A DNA stretch of 64,000 bases from Phoronis australis (GCA_002633005.1 NMRA01000011.1:1090855-1154854), one strand, 5' to 3'; numbered from the stretch's first letter, positions 12,501-25,058 are shown. Made by a program: numbers and translations. The notes: generated by a model not told the origin, from the letters alone.

Positions 12501-15500
12501 TGTCACGTTATTCTCATTTTCCGCAACCTTTCCATGAGTTTTCCAAAATGCAATTTTTATGATCCTGTGACGTGTTTCCGAAATTATGCCAATATTTGCA
12601 CCCGCCAGACACCAATTTTTAAAGGGCTTGCATGAGCTTGGGTGAAAGTTGCCAGGGGTTTCTATATCTTCGATTTCTCATGAGTTTCTCATGCCAAGAA
12701 ATATAACATCTAAGTTACCACTGATAAGTGTGAACCATCGATGGAGACTGAAGGAAAACGCTTGCTTCGAATCACAGGATCCACTTTGTGATTAACAGGA
12801 GGCGTTTCAGCTGAACAATGTTAATCTCTGTCAGAAGATCCCCTAATTGTACCATACCAATTTTTTATAGCAGCTGACAAAAATTACGAAAATATGTTCT
12901 AGTTCAGAGATGATACTTTAAGAAGACCCTTATCTTAACATAAATGAAACACCGCTTGAATATATGCAAGTATTTGAAGAGAGTGGTGTTTGTTTGATAA
13001 AATCTGTACACACAACCGAGAAACTCTTTACCTGGCGTACTCACTTAGCTGTACTTCTACACTAACCTTTGTATCTATCAACAGCTTCTGAACGGCACAG
13101 GCATTGGTAACGATGTTAGCATGGCTAATTAGCACACCCTTCGGATCACCTTGAATGAGATTAGTACAGGGCAACTGAAGCAGATGCGGTCCTATTAGGC
13201 GGTGGCATATCCTAATATGCCATGTACATGAACGTAACTTTCTGCAAATTATTCTCCACACTGGTTTAACTATGAAAGTCATATCGCTAGAGGTACCATT
13301 AGAAAGGTACATCTCAGGAGGCCGTCGGTCTCTTTGAATCATTTTAATGGAACGACGTACTCGGATTTCTCTCCGACATGGCATTCCTTCGTCAACAAAA
13401 TCGTGAGTTAGACATTTTTGTTGAGGTTGCATAAGTGTGCATGTCTATCGCCTGCAAATTTTTAATCACATCANTGCCTTTATAGCCAAATAGGTCATAT
13501 CTCGGTAACCAAAGGTCATTGAGTGCAAATATTGCAGCAGTGTACTTTGGGCCAGCATCCCAACACATGCACAAAGTATTAGCTCTGTATGAATTTTTGA
13601 GTATATAGTGATTTTTCATTTTCATGTGGTTTTTATATGGAATCATTCTTAAGATGACACAGCATGATCCGACGGCAATCTTTGATTGACGTAACGTAGT
13701 TTTCAAAATAAATGAGAGTCAGACTTTGCCAAACTTGGATGAACACCTTTGACCGTTTTCTTGAAATATTTTTGTTGCAACGAAATAGCGTTTTTATTGA
13801 ACCTTTGTTGGAGTCTAATTTGACGTTATTGCGCTTAGCAGCAAATTGTCTACTTATGAATGGACTTGCGCTGTAAGTTGTTGCTATTTTGACAACGTGG
13901 ATGGAGTAACACTGGTCGATATTTTGTCGAGATTTAGCCCGAGTTGACACGGTAAGCAGTAGAAAAGAAACTGAAACTTAGTCGTGGTTTTGTGTACCGA
14001 AACTTAGTCGAATTTCGACATTGTCCGGTTTATTTTGAAAACTGCTTCATACGATAGACTACCATTTTGGGTGTAGTCGCGGCTCATCTCAGAGCACAGT
14101 ATTGCTGATATGTCATGTGATCTATTCAGACAATCCAAGCTCATGTCACGCGAGCATGCAGTGATACGCCATATGATCTATTCAAACCATTCCAGTCTCT
14201 TGACACATAAGCAAGCAGTGATTGGCCAGAGAAGAAACGAGTCGTAGGATTTGCCGTATAGCAACCATGCGTAAACGACGCCAATCGTCTCGTACTGCTA
14301 ATATGTACTGGTAGTACGTATACGACAATCAGAGTGTGTATTATACAAGTTCGGTTGTTGACTCCAATACTTTCCTTTCCAAACAGGAAACATCTTGAAC
14401 ATGAATGTCATGGAGAATTGCATAAGAAATAAAATTTATACGCTCTTATTTCTGCATATCGTTTTCGTACATCAGTATCGAAGGGACAGATCTATGAGTT
14501 TCTTCTTTGGATTTTGGATAGAAAGTGAATTCATTCAAAAACCGCCATGGGGACTATTGTTGGAATTGTTCCACGTGTATTTTTTTCTTAATATAGTCGT
14601 TCATTAAGCGTGTTCTTACTATTGCCTAGCGTACAATGTGACACTACACACCTGTGAGGACCGTTCAAAGTTATGTGCCAGAGGAAGGTATGACAAGTGA
14701 CAGTCGTCGGGACAAAGTTCAATGCACTGAAAAAAACACAACATCATTGCAGCCTTTCATCTAATTGACTATTTTACATAGTAACAACATTTATTGTATT
14801 TGTCCTACGGATCATTAATAATTTAGAGCGCCTCAGATTGCTACTGCACATAATTTGAGAAGCCCGTGTTCTCGTTCCTCCATCCGCAACTTTCCTGCAG
14901 CCCGGTCAGGTTGCAGGTGAAGACGAAACACATGCACAAAGATGGCGAAGTTTGGAAATGTCACATTATTCTCATTTTCCGCAACCTTTCCATGAGTTTT
15001 CCAAAATGCAATTTTTATGATCCTGTGACGTGTTTTCCGAAATGATGCCAAATATTTGCTGCCGCCAGACACCAATTTTTAAAGGGCTTGCATGAGCTTG
15101 AGTGAAAGTTGCCAGGGGTTTCTATATCTTCGATTTCTCATGAGTTTCTCATGCCAAGAAATATAACATCTAAGTTCCCACTGATAAGTGTGAACCATCG
15201 ATGGAGACTGAAGGAAAACGCTTGCTTCGAATCACAGGATCCACTTTGTGATTAACAGGAGGCGTTTCAGCTGAACAATGTTAATCTCTGTCAGAAGATC
15301 CCCTAATTGTACCACACCAATTTTTTATAGCAGCTGACAAAAATTACGAAAATATGTTCTAGTTCAGTGATGAGACTTTAAGAAGACCCTGATCTTTACA
15401 TAAATGAAACACCGCTAGAACATATGTAAGTATTTGAAGAGAGTGGTGTTTGTTTGATAAAATCTGTACACACAACCGAGAAACTCTTTACCTGGCGTAC

Positions 15501-18500
15501 TCACTTAGCTGTACTTCTGTACTAACCTTTGTATCTACCAACAGCTTCTGAACGGCACAGGCATTGGTAACGATGTTAGCATGGCTAATTAGCACACCCT
15601 TCGGATCACCTTGAATGAGATTAGAACAGGGCAACTGAAGCAGATGCGGTCCTATTAGGCGGTGGCATATCCTAATATGCCATGTACATGAACGTAACTT
15701 TCTGCAAATTATTCTCCACACTGGTTAAACTATGAAAGTCATATCGCTAGAGGCACCATTAGACAGGTACATCTCAGGAGGCCGTCGGTCTCTTTGAATC
15801 ATTTTAATGGAACGACGTACTCGGATTTCTCTCCGACATTGCATTCCTTCGTCAACAAAATCGTGAGCTGGACAATTTTGTTGAGGTTGCATAAGTGTGC
15901 ATGTCTATCGCCTGCAAATTTTTAATCACATCAAGATCGACTTACGTGACCTCGGAAATGAGCCAATTGGTAACGCACTACACTGGTGATCAGCTGAGAC
16001 AGCTAGTGCACGAAATTTGGCCACCATTATTTGCTACTCCCGTACCCAGTGTTTAGGAATGAAGAGACGTACCGAAAAGAAATCTGTTACTGTATTATTT
16101 GTTCGATTTGAAAGAATTTAATGAAATCGGAGGCCTCTAAAGGTGCCTGCCCTCTATGCTTGAAAGTTATTTACGCAGAAAGATATCTTTGACAGTTTAG
16201 CCAATGAGGCATAATCTGCCAAAAAAATCCCCGAGTACGGATGACCTATGACATGCAAGTGGCCATCGTCACTGAGCCCATCTCGGAGACGGTAACACTG
16301 TCTACGGTCATACTGTACGTTATTATAAATCCCCGTGCTGTACAATCTTCGAAAACCATTAGGCTGGTTCGTGCTTTGAAGCCTGTCCCTTTGTTCTGGT
16401 GTTCTATTGCGGCTATTTAGCGTCCCTATTTACACACGATAACATTATGTATCGAATAAGCAAATATATATATATATATATATATATGCTAGCTGGACTC
16501 CACGATTAGCATAGCAAGAGCTGATACCAAAATAACGACAAAAATGGAATGACTCAGTTGACAAATAACAAAAACACATACCTGTAGTTCCGCTTGTGTA
16601 ACATATAGTCACAATTTCGTCTGGCGTAGGTGGCTAAAACAATTAAAAATGAGCGAAAGAATTGTTTTACTGTTCTTGTCAATCGCATTCGTGTTTGTGT
16701 CAATAATACTCACTAACTATTTTATGACGAATTATGCTTGTTGTTTAAGAAAACTGCTTAATGATATCTTATGCAAGTTTCACGTCCACAACAAGTTTCA
16801 TAACGAAATTTCTAAAAAGTAATTTCGGAAGTAATCTTTGAAACGTAAATCAGAGCATACGGAAGCGGAAGTTTTAGAACAAAACTTTTTGGTTAGTGAC
16901 AAAGACTTACAACAGGTTCACGCAACTTTTCTTTTCCGCCTTGCTGCAAATAAAAATCATCACAAAATTAACGTACCAAAGCAAAATATGTCTTAATAGG
17001 CCCCTAAACACCAAAGCAAAATATGTCTTAATAGGCCCCTAAACACTCTGACACACTGTCTACTACCCAGGGACGCTGTTAATGAGCGGACCTACCTTTA
17101 AATGTGTGCTACAGGACTTTTTATTATTTTTTGAAAGACGCACTTGTTCATGCCATCTTTTTCTAACAGTCGATTACAGTGACAATTGGACGTTCACACA
17201 TACACAATTAGGACGATTCAGTTCACAGCGTCTCCTCGAACGTAAGAACGATGCCACTGGATGTGTCGAAAGCGTCTACTTTTAGAACGTGTTTCTAGTT
17301 AGCTGCCATACTAGTTATTCGTCTTTCGGGAACGTAACACACAGTAACTACGCCTGCTACACACGACTAAAACATAATACGGGCAAATGTTCAACAATAT
17401 GTTACCTATTCTATGAGCACAGGCGAAAATAACTGCCTCTCTTTAGAAGCGGACTTAATATTACCATCCTGGCGGGAATCAGTACTCACCAAACTATCAG
17501 TAAAAGACGTTATTTTCACTCCGTGCTGCTGTGCTCTTGACAATTGTTCCTTGGTTACAGTTTGCATGTCCATCACAATCAAATGTTTTAGAGAAGGGGT
17601 CTGGTCAATGAAAGGAAGAATTGACGAAACTTTGTCCCCGTTGTCACAAACCAGAATCTTCATTTCGGCTAGAAGAGCGCCATTACTACATCATACTTTA
17701 AAAATTGTGAAAGGAGACAACGTGAAGACCATGTAACATAAATACGACCGACAGTATGTGCAAGGGGAAAATGCGCAAGTGCGTCCTAGGAAATGCATCA
17801 AATATGTGATATAGCGCGTGGATTTCTTGTGAGTTCTTGGCTTACAATTTCCATCTTGTCCAATCAAAACACTGAGAACACGAAGCCCATAGTGGAAGTA
17901 CAACTGTCATCATATTAACTAGTTGGCGCGTAGGGACTTGAATGAGGTATAAATCACCATTTGAATTAAAAGTGGGTATGTAATGAGATATGAGTGAGTT
18001 TCGCAATTTTCGATTTTTACTGCTTGACACTTGCGCACATAAATATTTATTAAAGCGGAAAATTAATAAATCTATATAATCAAGCTACATGGACGAAAAG
18101 TGCCTAGTGTGCAATGAGAGTAGAGATCTGAGGAATCTCCAACCACCCTGACACCTGGTGACAAGAGTGGTTTTATTTGCTTCAAAGCCTCGATTTCCCA
18201 TAATCCATTGCACATACAACGTTCACGTTCATGAGCAAGAGAGGTCTACGCTAATGGTCACTCTACAGAAAGTGACTGCAAGTGAGGTATCTTCGCTTAT
18301 GTAACGGGGGTAAAGAACACTATCGTCCTAAAACGCGAGAGCCACTGAATCAATCGCCAATTCCACGCCAGAAATTCAAAATTAACTTTAAAAAATCCCA
18401 TTTATTTAACTTTTACCGGTATTTTATTTGCAACAAATGATATGTTCAAAAGGCATTATTTGGAAATAAGTTTTGAGTAAGTTGCTTTGCAATAAATTTC

Positions 18501-21500
18501 CCTAACTTTGCACATCAGTTAATGTCCACCTCTTGTAGAGAAATGAGGGTACACTTAGCCTCGTTATGGCCTCTAGCGCGAAGACAACTTCGTGTACGCC
18601 GATAATACAGTCAAGTTCCTGACTGTATGGACTTCCTTATTTGGAATAGTCACGCGAGTTTTCTAGCCTGATAAGTGTCATTACTCTCGTATTTAAAAAA
18701 GGCTCCAGAGAATATTCCGTTATTTTTCTGCGCAAAATTAATTATTCTGAGTATCTTGTAGCACCAAAATACGAAAACAAGTGTAGTGAGTAGAATAAGG
18801 TTTGCATGAGAGCTGTGCACTTACTACGAACTAAAACCAGCGCAGTATACGGGGAGAGAGATCTTATAAATATGTTGCTGCGAGCGGGTGGACATCAACG
18901 TGGAATTAAAAGTAAAAGTCAATTAGTGGTGAGCTGCCTTTGTTGGGAGAGCCAGCATTCGTTGGTAAGTTCCTGGATCGTCATTTTTATGGCGAACCCT
19001 GCTGTATGAGTCATCGGAGCCACCTAGCGCCAGCTAGGAACAAGTCCAGGGGAACGTTCAGTAACGCTAATGTCACGCGAGAAAATCAAGATCTTGTGAG
19101 ATATTTTCAAAGGGAGCACGTGATTTTGACTAAATTTTCTGACCGCGAGACACTTATTGACACTCTATCATACTGTCATCTAGCGGTGGAGGTATCTCCA
19201 CCATGTGATACCGTGTGAAGCTGCAGGTTGGAGGTGTGCTATCACTTACTTTGTTTTGCTATGAACTGGCATGCTTGAATTCCAAGAGTGTCATACAGCG
19301 GTACTAAGACAAGGGAGAACATGTTGGCAGCCTGTTCTGTAACCACCCACTGAAAGATATACAATGTGAATGTCGTATCTAGAGATATTGATGAGGCAAA
19401 CGTGAGGAGTTCATGAGAATTATATATCAGATATGTCGCACAACGACAACATTGCATTAGATATCCGGAAATATCACAAACGTTTTACACATACGAGACG
19501 ACTAAATCGTAGAACTGTAAATGCCGAAAACACTTGTTGAGCTTAACAGTACACTGACGGCATTTAACGTAGGAAGAATTTCGTTTGACTGAGCTTCGCT
19601 ATGGCATAAAAGCCAAAATTAAAATCCAGTGTTGCTAAGACATACTTTGTCATGCTGGGGGAATTCGTACAAAATGTTTCCGGAGCTGGGCTCCACTGTA
19701 TTTTGAGAACGAATCCCGATTTCTTGTTTGTTGCTCAGAGTCCCATAAATACACCAATTCACTACAGGCGCAAGAATGCCCAACTCTCATATTTAGAAAC
19801 CATCAAAGCCAGTTTGCCATAGTAGTATTTTTTCAAATCAATGGAAAAGCTTTCAGGTGACAAAAACGTGTATTTCACGTTTGACTACGACTCATTGTCC
19901 TCGAGTTGCATTCATAGATCAGAGACACGAATGATTAAAACAGCAATCAATAAAAAAGAGACACACCTCTTCCCTATTTTGCGAGAAAATTCCCACAATA
20001 TTCTCCGGCTGTGGATCCTGTCCTGGGTGAGGCTTCAAGCCGAGACTGAGTAACTCCGACCCCAGTCGCTGGGCTCTATCGAAGACCTGGAACAGAAGAT
20101 TTACTACAATATCAGTTGACATCGAGAATGTACTAACCCAACATCAATGTGACCATAATAATATACGTACCTATTTGTTTCAGTAATCACATGAAATAGA
20201 GTTGTCAAAATTGAGAAAGATTGGCCAACAAATTTCTCGACGTTTTTTCAAGCATAAATACTCATGACGACGTCCTGTTATATTCAAGACCATCTTGAGA
20301 CCAGCTTTGCACAGGGAAATGAACTAGTTTTGGTTTTGGGTCTTCGGACAATCAAACAGGTGGTAACGTAGTTTGAACTACAGATAAGTAAAAGTAAGGC
20401 TAAACTTCCTGTAAAATACATTTATGGAAAATAATTGAAATTAATGCTACCTTGTTTTTCAACTTTCGACTACTGTAAAACAGGGTCTGAGAACAAAATA
20501 ATCCATGAACACGGATCTCACTGTTCAAAGTCTAACCATATTTAACGCCTTAGAAGGTTGCTATACATACCTCTTGATATGACGTCCATTCGAAGCCCGA
20601 CCTGTCTTGTTTTATTGTTCCTAAGCAAGGTCCGTTTTCTGAAGCAGATTTTGTGAACACATGAACCAATTTGCGTGTTTAAAAAGAATACTTTGGGCGT
20701 ATATTTTTAATATTGGAATAGGTTGCAATGGATCTTACGTCACTATACAATATTTTGACGTTGGATCTATTTCAGATACCGAAAGTGGCTCCTGCGTTCT
20801 GCGTGAAGTTTGCACATGCATAGTCAGTGTAACTTTCACTCCCGAAAGAAAAGTTGGGACTACGAAAATACCCGAAAAATTTCGAATGCCGCTGGCGTGG
20901 ATTCGTTGTTGTTGCTTGCTTATGAGCTTGTGCAGCTGCGTAATTACAGGGGTGGATCCCGGATTTCTCAACAGGTTGGCAGGATCAAGGATTTTTTAAA
21001 AAAGGTGGGTCCAAGTCAATAATTTGAAAATTCTAGATTTGATATCACTAAAATCAAGGGAAAAGAGGAGAGTCCGGACCCCCTTGACCCCCTGGATCCG
21101 CCTATAGTAAAATAGAATAAAAAAGACATCAAGTGACATGGTGGTGACTCTCAGTTGAGTTGTAAAAGAGTAAGGGAAACAAGTCCTCTTGTAAGATATC
21201 ACGACCTCCGGACGCCGGAACATGAAGGCTAGGAAGCTAGCGGGTAGTAAATTCTTTGAAGATGATAGGCTAAACAATGGAAACGACGCAGGACTTCACC
21301 TATATGACACCCACCTACGTGCAAATACCAAAATTTTGTTGCGTTCCGCACTATTTTGAGGCTTTACAATACTATTATAAAGCCTCAAAATAGTGCTGAA
21401 TAATTTTACACAATGTAGTTCAGAACCAAATGCAGTTCATAGGCCATAACTGTGATCAGGTATACTTAGTTGTAAACTTGTTTAAGACCATTTGAAGTTG

Positions 21501-24500
21501 GCAGTTTCTGGCCTTAGATATGGCGCACGGCGTACCACTTGACAATGAATACGACCTCATAGCTTACATGAAGTTCGCGTATGAATTTTGAACGTTTCAA
21601 ATAACCTTATAACTTTTAATACGAAAGTAATTTTTATCTTTGTTTCGATGTTCTTTTTTCTAAGTGATACTTTTTTGTTAAAAGCATTCACACATTGAGC
21701 TACGCTTCTTACTTGATTGGATGATTCCTCGTTTGAACCCTTCGTGTAGAGTGAGTGGGCCTTCCGTCGCCGCAGAGAAATGAGACACTCGGGAGCCATC
21801 CTGAAAATAGCGCATGAACTTAGTAAGTGGTGACGTGGCGTGAATAACAGTGTATTTGAATTTCTCTTGGTCGTTAGGGAGAACCAAAAGAATTGCTAGG
21901 ACATTGTGGTTCTAGCAGCAACAAAGATACAGTCATCTCTGCTTCCACAACAACTACGTTGTGTGAACGGAGCCTGGTTTACTTGCACAATAAAATGACC
22001 AGTGGTTCCATAATGCAGTCAGAGTCCCAAGTGGAACACCGTTGTTATCGGAAGTAAGTTACTCCGGGCAAACATTCTCACATGCTCAACTTTTCTCTTA
22101 ATTCGAGGATATGTGAAGAATTTTCAATTTCAAGCAATTTCTAAATGCACCAAAAGTAGGCCTACTCTGCAAAATTGATTAACAACGAGGCCTTAAGTTA
22201 AACCTGCTTTTCGCCCTGTTCAGCTGGCAATAAACGGAAATATAATCCAGCTTTTTACTTTCATAACATCGGTCTTATACTATCGCTAACTCTGATAGGA
22301 TTCTATTTCCGTTACCAACAACAACTTCGAAGTCACCGGCGACTCGAGAAAATAATCTGAGTTTGTTGGGATTGGCAAGCCCTATTGCCAGTTCAAAAAT
22401 GACACCATGGACGCATTGCTGTGACAATTACCGTATAGCCAGATAATTAGGACAAAATTTAGGACTCAATTGGGCTCTAGGCGAAATGCAGCTCTAACTA
22501 AGTTAACAAGGCAAACTTATTGGCCTACTGTTTTCCGTACTTCACTTACTGGGTAACTTATTTTCCCACCTGACACGGGCCGGTGCATATACTCGGGTGA
22601 GAAACAACATGACCGCCGGTCCTCTTAAATCGGACCAACTCACCCAAAACAGGACCTCCGGGGACCGCCGCACCAGAAAATGGGACTGGCGCACCTAAAA
22701 ACATGACCTCCCCACCAGAAAACAGGACTGCCGGGGACTGAACATGACCGCTGGGAATTGAAACCGCAATGACAAACAAGCTAAGATTTATTACCGGTAG
22801 GCCTACACAGATCATACAATGGAGCTATACACGTATGCACATGCAGGTCTTGTGCCGATTAATCCAACGAAATCTTTTTTGTGCTACAGGACACTTCGCT
22901 TTGTAACACGCGGCGCTTTTGAGTTTTAACCACAAACCAACCACGTTGCACGCTTTTGAGCTAAATAATTATAACTTTATCCAAATGCGTAAGTTTTAGA
23001 ACAAAATGAAAATCGTTTTCTCCAATTTGACGTTTTAGTCAAGAAAAAAAATGAGCGTTCTGGTTCTCGGGTGAAGCATCATAACTAGCCTTTGTGCGGC
23101 GAAGCAGTATACTAAATATACAGCTTGTCGCCGATGTGGGTAAAACACTGAAAATATAAAATCTTCACCGAATTAGTGTTATTAACGACACTCTTCCTTG
23201 AGTAAACTAAATTATTTATCGGCGCTCGCCGGGAAAATTGTCGTTCTGTCGCTATTCTGATGCTAAAATTTACTAGGTTGGCTTACATTGACCAGTTCCT
23301 TTTTTCACAGATTCTTCAGTCAGGTCTTCTTCTCTTCTACAAGGTTGCGTACATGGCACAACAAATTATCGGAACTGGTTTCATTTCGTCATAAGTTTTT
23401 AGCATTTCAATACCGGCAAACCGAATTTCAGAACAAATCGTGCTGCTGCGAAATTGAGTCATCATCTTCCGAAAGATGTCGCAAAATTTTAAGAGATGGC
23501 GCGTGCTCTTGTCACGAGTGCGACAGACTTTTTTACAATAGACAAACAAATAACGTTCATTAGATTGTTTTTCACTCACGCGGCTGCAACCTGCAAGGTG
23601 AGTGTTGATTGACTCCTAGATTTTGCATGCGCCTGCTCCGCTCGCTAGATCTACATGTTGATATAAGTTTCACGACTAGGTGACGAGCAGAACTATACCC
23701 GGGCTGTGGGAAATTTCGGGGATGTTATTGTAACGGAGCTCAATAACGCAGTGCTACCAAGCTTTATTTTGGCGAGTCTACACTGCTAGCTGACCGGTTA
23801 CGTCATAACCCGCAGTATCATACAACGGCCTTGATACCTACATTTTGTCCGGCGGTCATGTTCAGACCCCGGCGGTCCTGTTTTGTGGTGGGGTGGTTTT
23901 TAGGTGCGTAAGTCCCATTTTCTGGTGCGGCGGTCCCATTTGATCTCCGCCGGGAGGTCCTGTTTTGGGTGAGTCAGCCCGATTTAGAGGACCGGCGGTC
24001 ATGTTGTTTCTCACCCGTGATATACTACACAACTAATAATCGTGGCTTTTGAAACTAACCGTGCGTACATCCGGGCAAAGAAAAATATGTGTAGCCTACT
24101 ACTAGTACTTGCTATAGGCAACAACCAACGGGGTATGCAGGTAGCCATATTGATTTAAAAATGAACATACCATGGGCGCACCCGAGGGGGGTGGAGTGGG
24201 AGGGAGGGCTCGAACGAGCCCACCAATTTGGCGAATTGGGCAAAATGGTCCGCTTCAGAGAAACAAAGAATCCAAGTAATGGAGACAAAAGTCCACTCAG
24301 CCAACGGGAATTCGGCACGGATGTACAATCCGTAGTAATAACCTGAACCTCGGTCCCCGTTTTTTAGTCCTCGCAGATTTTTTCATTTTCAGTAAAAAGT
24401 CCGTATACTGAAAAATTTGAGCCCCCCTATATTTTAGGCTGGGTGCGTGCATGCTTACGGCAAATGAATAAACTTAAAAACACGTGACTCTCAGCCTAAA

Positions 24501-24988
24501 AAGAGCCGGGGATGTTTTGCCCAGTCCATTCATCAATATGTGCTGTTGACATAAACAGTGATATCAGGCATTGGACAGAATTAGTGTCGCAATGCTATCC
24601 AAGAATGAAGTCGGACTAACGTGATCACTTATATGATTAATGGCTGTTCAGAAAACGGTTAATGTTATGAACTGAATCCTAGTTGCCTGGACCCGATAAT
24701 TCAATTGTGAAGCACTCGAAGTGCGTTCAGACGCTGACGCTGAAACTTGGTCGGGTTGGGCTTGCCACGGCTGCTCCCCACAGGGGAAGGTATTGTGTAT
24801 GTTAGGCCTACCTCCAACAGTCGTGACTGGCTTTCCATATCCACGCAGTATTCCACAGGTTTTGGCCTCGACATCATATAAGTTACGGCAAGTGCTGATG
24901 CGGCGGCTGTCGCTGCTATGCCAATCGCCGTTGTAGACGAGCAGTTAAGATGACGTACATCTTCCATATAACGTCTGAAAGCTTCCAT
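3392..24988 (-). CDS. ACSL1: Long-chain-fatty-acid--CoA ligase, ACSL1/5/6-like; 20 coding exons, 2082 nt, 693 aa
   Basis: Phase-consistent GT-AG exons: 24988-24812, 21800-21713, 20638-20571, 20086-19967, 19349-19250, 17668-17490, 16943-16911, 16633-16582, 15609-15527 (or 13149-13067), 14726-14652 (or 12268-12194), 11175-11041, 10308-10226, 10033-9883, 9165-9093, 8217-8012, 7639-7586, 5787-5698, 5088-4987 (or 4702-4601), 4362-4291, 3532-3392. Motifs: AMP-binding [13 protein letters not shown], gate [63 protein letters not shown]. The symbol denotes the ACSL1/5/6 clade; one-to-one orthology is not established. Confidence 0.95.
4059..4147. repeat. Two-copy ~46-bp tandem repeat
   Basis: gagcaactaaaataccgcttcaccgactctgttttcaaaaa occurs twice. 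Confidence 0.85.
4291..4362 (-). CDS. ACSL1: ACSL exon 19 (ALKQMILDD...LKSFEQ)
   Basis: GLKSFEQ motif; splice sites present. Confidence 0.92.
4601..4702 (-). CDS. ACSL1: ACSL exon 18 copy B
   Basis: Same peptide as copy A; next to the n at 4728. Confidence 0.75.
4987..5088 (-). CDS. ACSL1: ACSL exon 18 copy A ([12 protein letters not shown]...CKSE)
   Basis: Splice sites present; duplicated at 4601-4702. Confidence 0.85.
5698..5787 (-). CDS. ACSL1: ACSL exon 17 ([13 protein letters not shown]...GNSLR)
   Basis: GEYxAPEKIE motif. Confidence 0.93.
5900..6778 (+). mobile_element. Candidate solo LTR in an ACSL intron
   Basis: Starts TGT; flanked by 5-bp direct repeat TAAGA (5895-5899, 6779-6783); AGAAC/GTTCT near the ends; TATA-like CCTATAAAT about 6456; AATAAA at 6735. 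The 3' end lacks the canonical CA. Confidence 0.4.
7586..7639 (-). CDS. ACSL1: ACSL exon 16 ([18 protein letters not shown])
   Basis: FACS signature motif. Confidence 0.95.
8012..8217 (-). CDS. ACSL1: ACSL exon 15 (HVGPP...[14 protein letters not shown])
   Basis: FACS signature motif. Confidence 0.95.
9093..9165 (-). CDS. ACSL1: ACSL exon 14 (ILEGYGQTE...)
   Basis: GYGQTE adenine-binding motif. Confidence 0.93.
9883..10033 (-). CDS. ACSL1: ACSL exon 13 ([10 protein letters not shown]...[14 protein letters not shown]...GCP)
   Basis: LGGRVR/GSAP motifs. Confidence 0.92.
10226..10308 (-). CDS. ACSL1: ACSL exon 12 (VMAGVSES...SEVD)
   Basis: Splice sites, phase 0 to 2. Confidence 0.87.
10558..10699. 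mobile_element. Short MITE
   Basis: Inverted termini cgttcagtagacgctaggacc / ggtcctagcgttactgaacg; related fragment near 19055-19130. Confidence 0.6.
11041..11175 (-). CDS. ACSL1: ACSL exon 11 (AFLFMNG...[13 protein letters not shown])
   Basis: VPRLLNR motif; splice sites present. Confidence 0.93.
12194..12268 (-). CDS. ACSL1: ACSL exon 10 (gate) copy B
   Basis: Identical to 14652-14726. Confidence 0.7.
13067..13149 (-). CDS. ACSL1: ACSL exon 9 copy B (...IDTK)
   Basis: Within the duplicated segment; one I/V difference from copy A. Confidence 0.7.
14652..14726 (-). CDS. ACSL1: ACSL exon 10 (gate) copy A ([25 protein letters not shown])
   Basis: Gate motif; identical copy at 12194-12268. 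Confidence 0.85.
15527..15609 (-). CDS. ACSL1: ACSL exon 9 copy A ([12 protein letters not shown]...VDTK)
   Basis: Second half of the P-loop; duplicated at 13067-13149. Confidence 0.85.
16465..16487. repeat. (AT)n microsatellite
   Basis: Direct reading. Confidence 0.9.
16582..16633 (-). CDS. ACSL1: ACSL exon 8 ([17 protein letters not shown])
   Basis: First half of the AMP-binding P-loop. Confidence 0.93.
16911..16943 (-). CDS. ACSL1: ACSL exon 7 (33-nt, [11 protein letters not shown])
   Basis: tttgcag acceptor, gtaagt donor; bridges exons 6 and 8 in frame. Confidence 0.8.
16975..17044. repeat. Two-copy 35-bp tandem repeat
   Basis: accaaagcaaaatatgtcttaataggcccctaaac occurs twice. Confidence 0.85.
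17490..17668 (-). CDS. ACSL1: ACSL exon 6 (EMKILVCD...SFTDSL)
   Basis: [11 protein letters not shown]; splice sites, phase 1 to 0. Confidence 0.9.
19250..19349 (-). CDS. ACSL1: ACSL exon 5 (WVVTEQA...VPLYDTLG...)
   Basis: VPLYDTLG motif; splice sites present. Confidence 0.92.
19967..20086 (-). CDS. ACSL1: ACSL exon 4 ([10 protein letters not shown]...GIFSQNREE)
   Basis: GIFSQNR motif; splice sites present. Confidence 0.9.
20571..20638 (-). CDS. ACSL1: ACSL exon 3 (NGPCLG...WTSYQE)
   Basis: Conserved NGPCLG motif; splice sites present; absent from the ORF track. Confidence 0.9.
20947..21105. mobile_element. GGCGGATCC-type MITE
   Basis: caggggtggatcc...cctggatccgcctat termini; similar G/C-rich termini at about 24171-24453, 30653-30810, 30930-30970, 41395-41600 and 48107-48256. 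Confidence 0.6.
21348..21396. repeat. Near-perfect 49-bp palindrome
   Basis: gcactattttgaggcttta...taaagcctcaaaatagtgc. Confidence 0.85.
21713..21800 (-). CDS. ACSL1: ACSL exon 2 (DGSRVS...GFKRGIIQS)
   Basis: ttttcag acceptor, gtaag donor, phase 0 to 1. Confidence 0.85.
22592..24019. mobile_element. ~1.43-kb non-autonomous TIR DNA transposon (CAC-type termini)
   Basis: About 165-bp imperfect TIRs C(T/A)CGGGTGAGAAACAACATGACCGCCGG with internal subrepeats; ATATA on both flanks (22587-22591, 24020-24024). Confidence 0.8.
24812..24988 (-). CDS. ACSL1: ACSL exon 1 (MEAFRRY...RLLE), N-terminal membrane anchor
   Basis: ATG at 24988; hydrophobic [19 protein letters not shown]; donor GAG|gtaggc. 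Confidence 0.85.
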
Positions 24989-25058
24989 TGTCAAAGTGCG
25001 CAGTTTCTACATCAAACTGAAACGACACCCAGCATTTGTGCAAGTCAAAGCAAACGAC

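Larger units (their letters stand above)
11201..15933. repeat. ~2.27-kb near-identical direct duplication across an n
   Basis: About 11201-13473 matches about 13650-15933; n at 13474; scattered SNPs. Confidence 0.9.

Noticed and set aside
13150-13432. 134-aa ORF extending upstream of GDPKG
   Set aside because: Intronic read-through; the P-loop is completed by exon 8 (16582-16633), and the frame is interrupted by a stop in the other copy.
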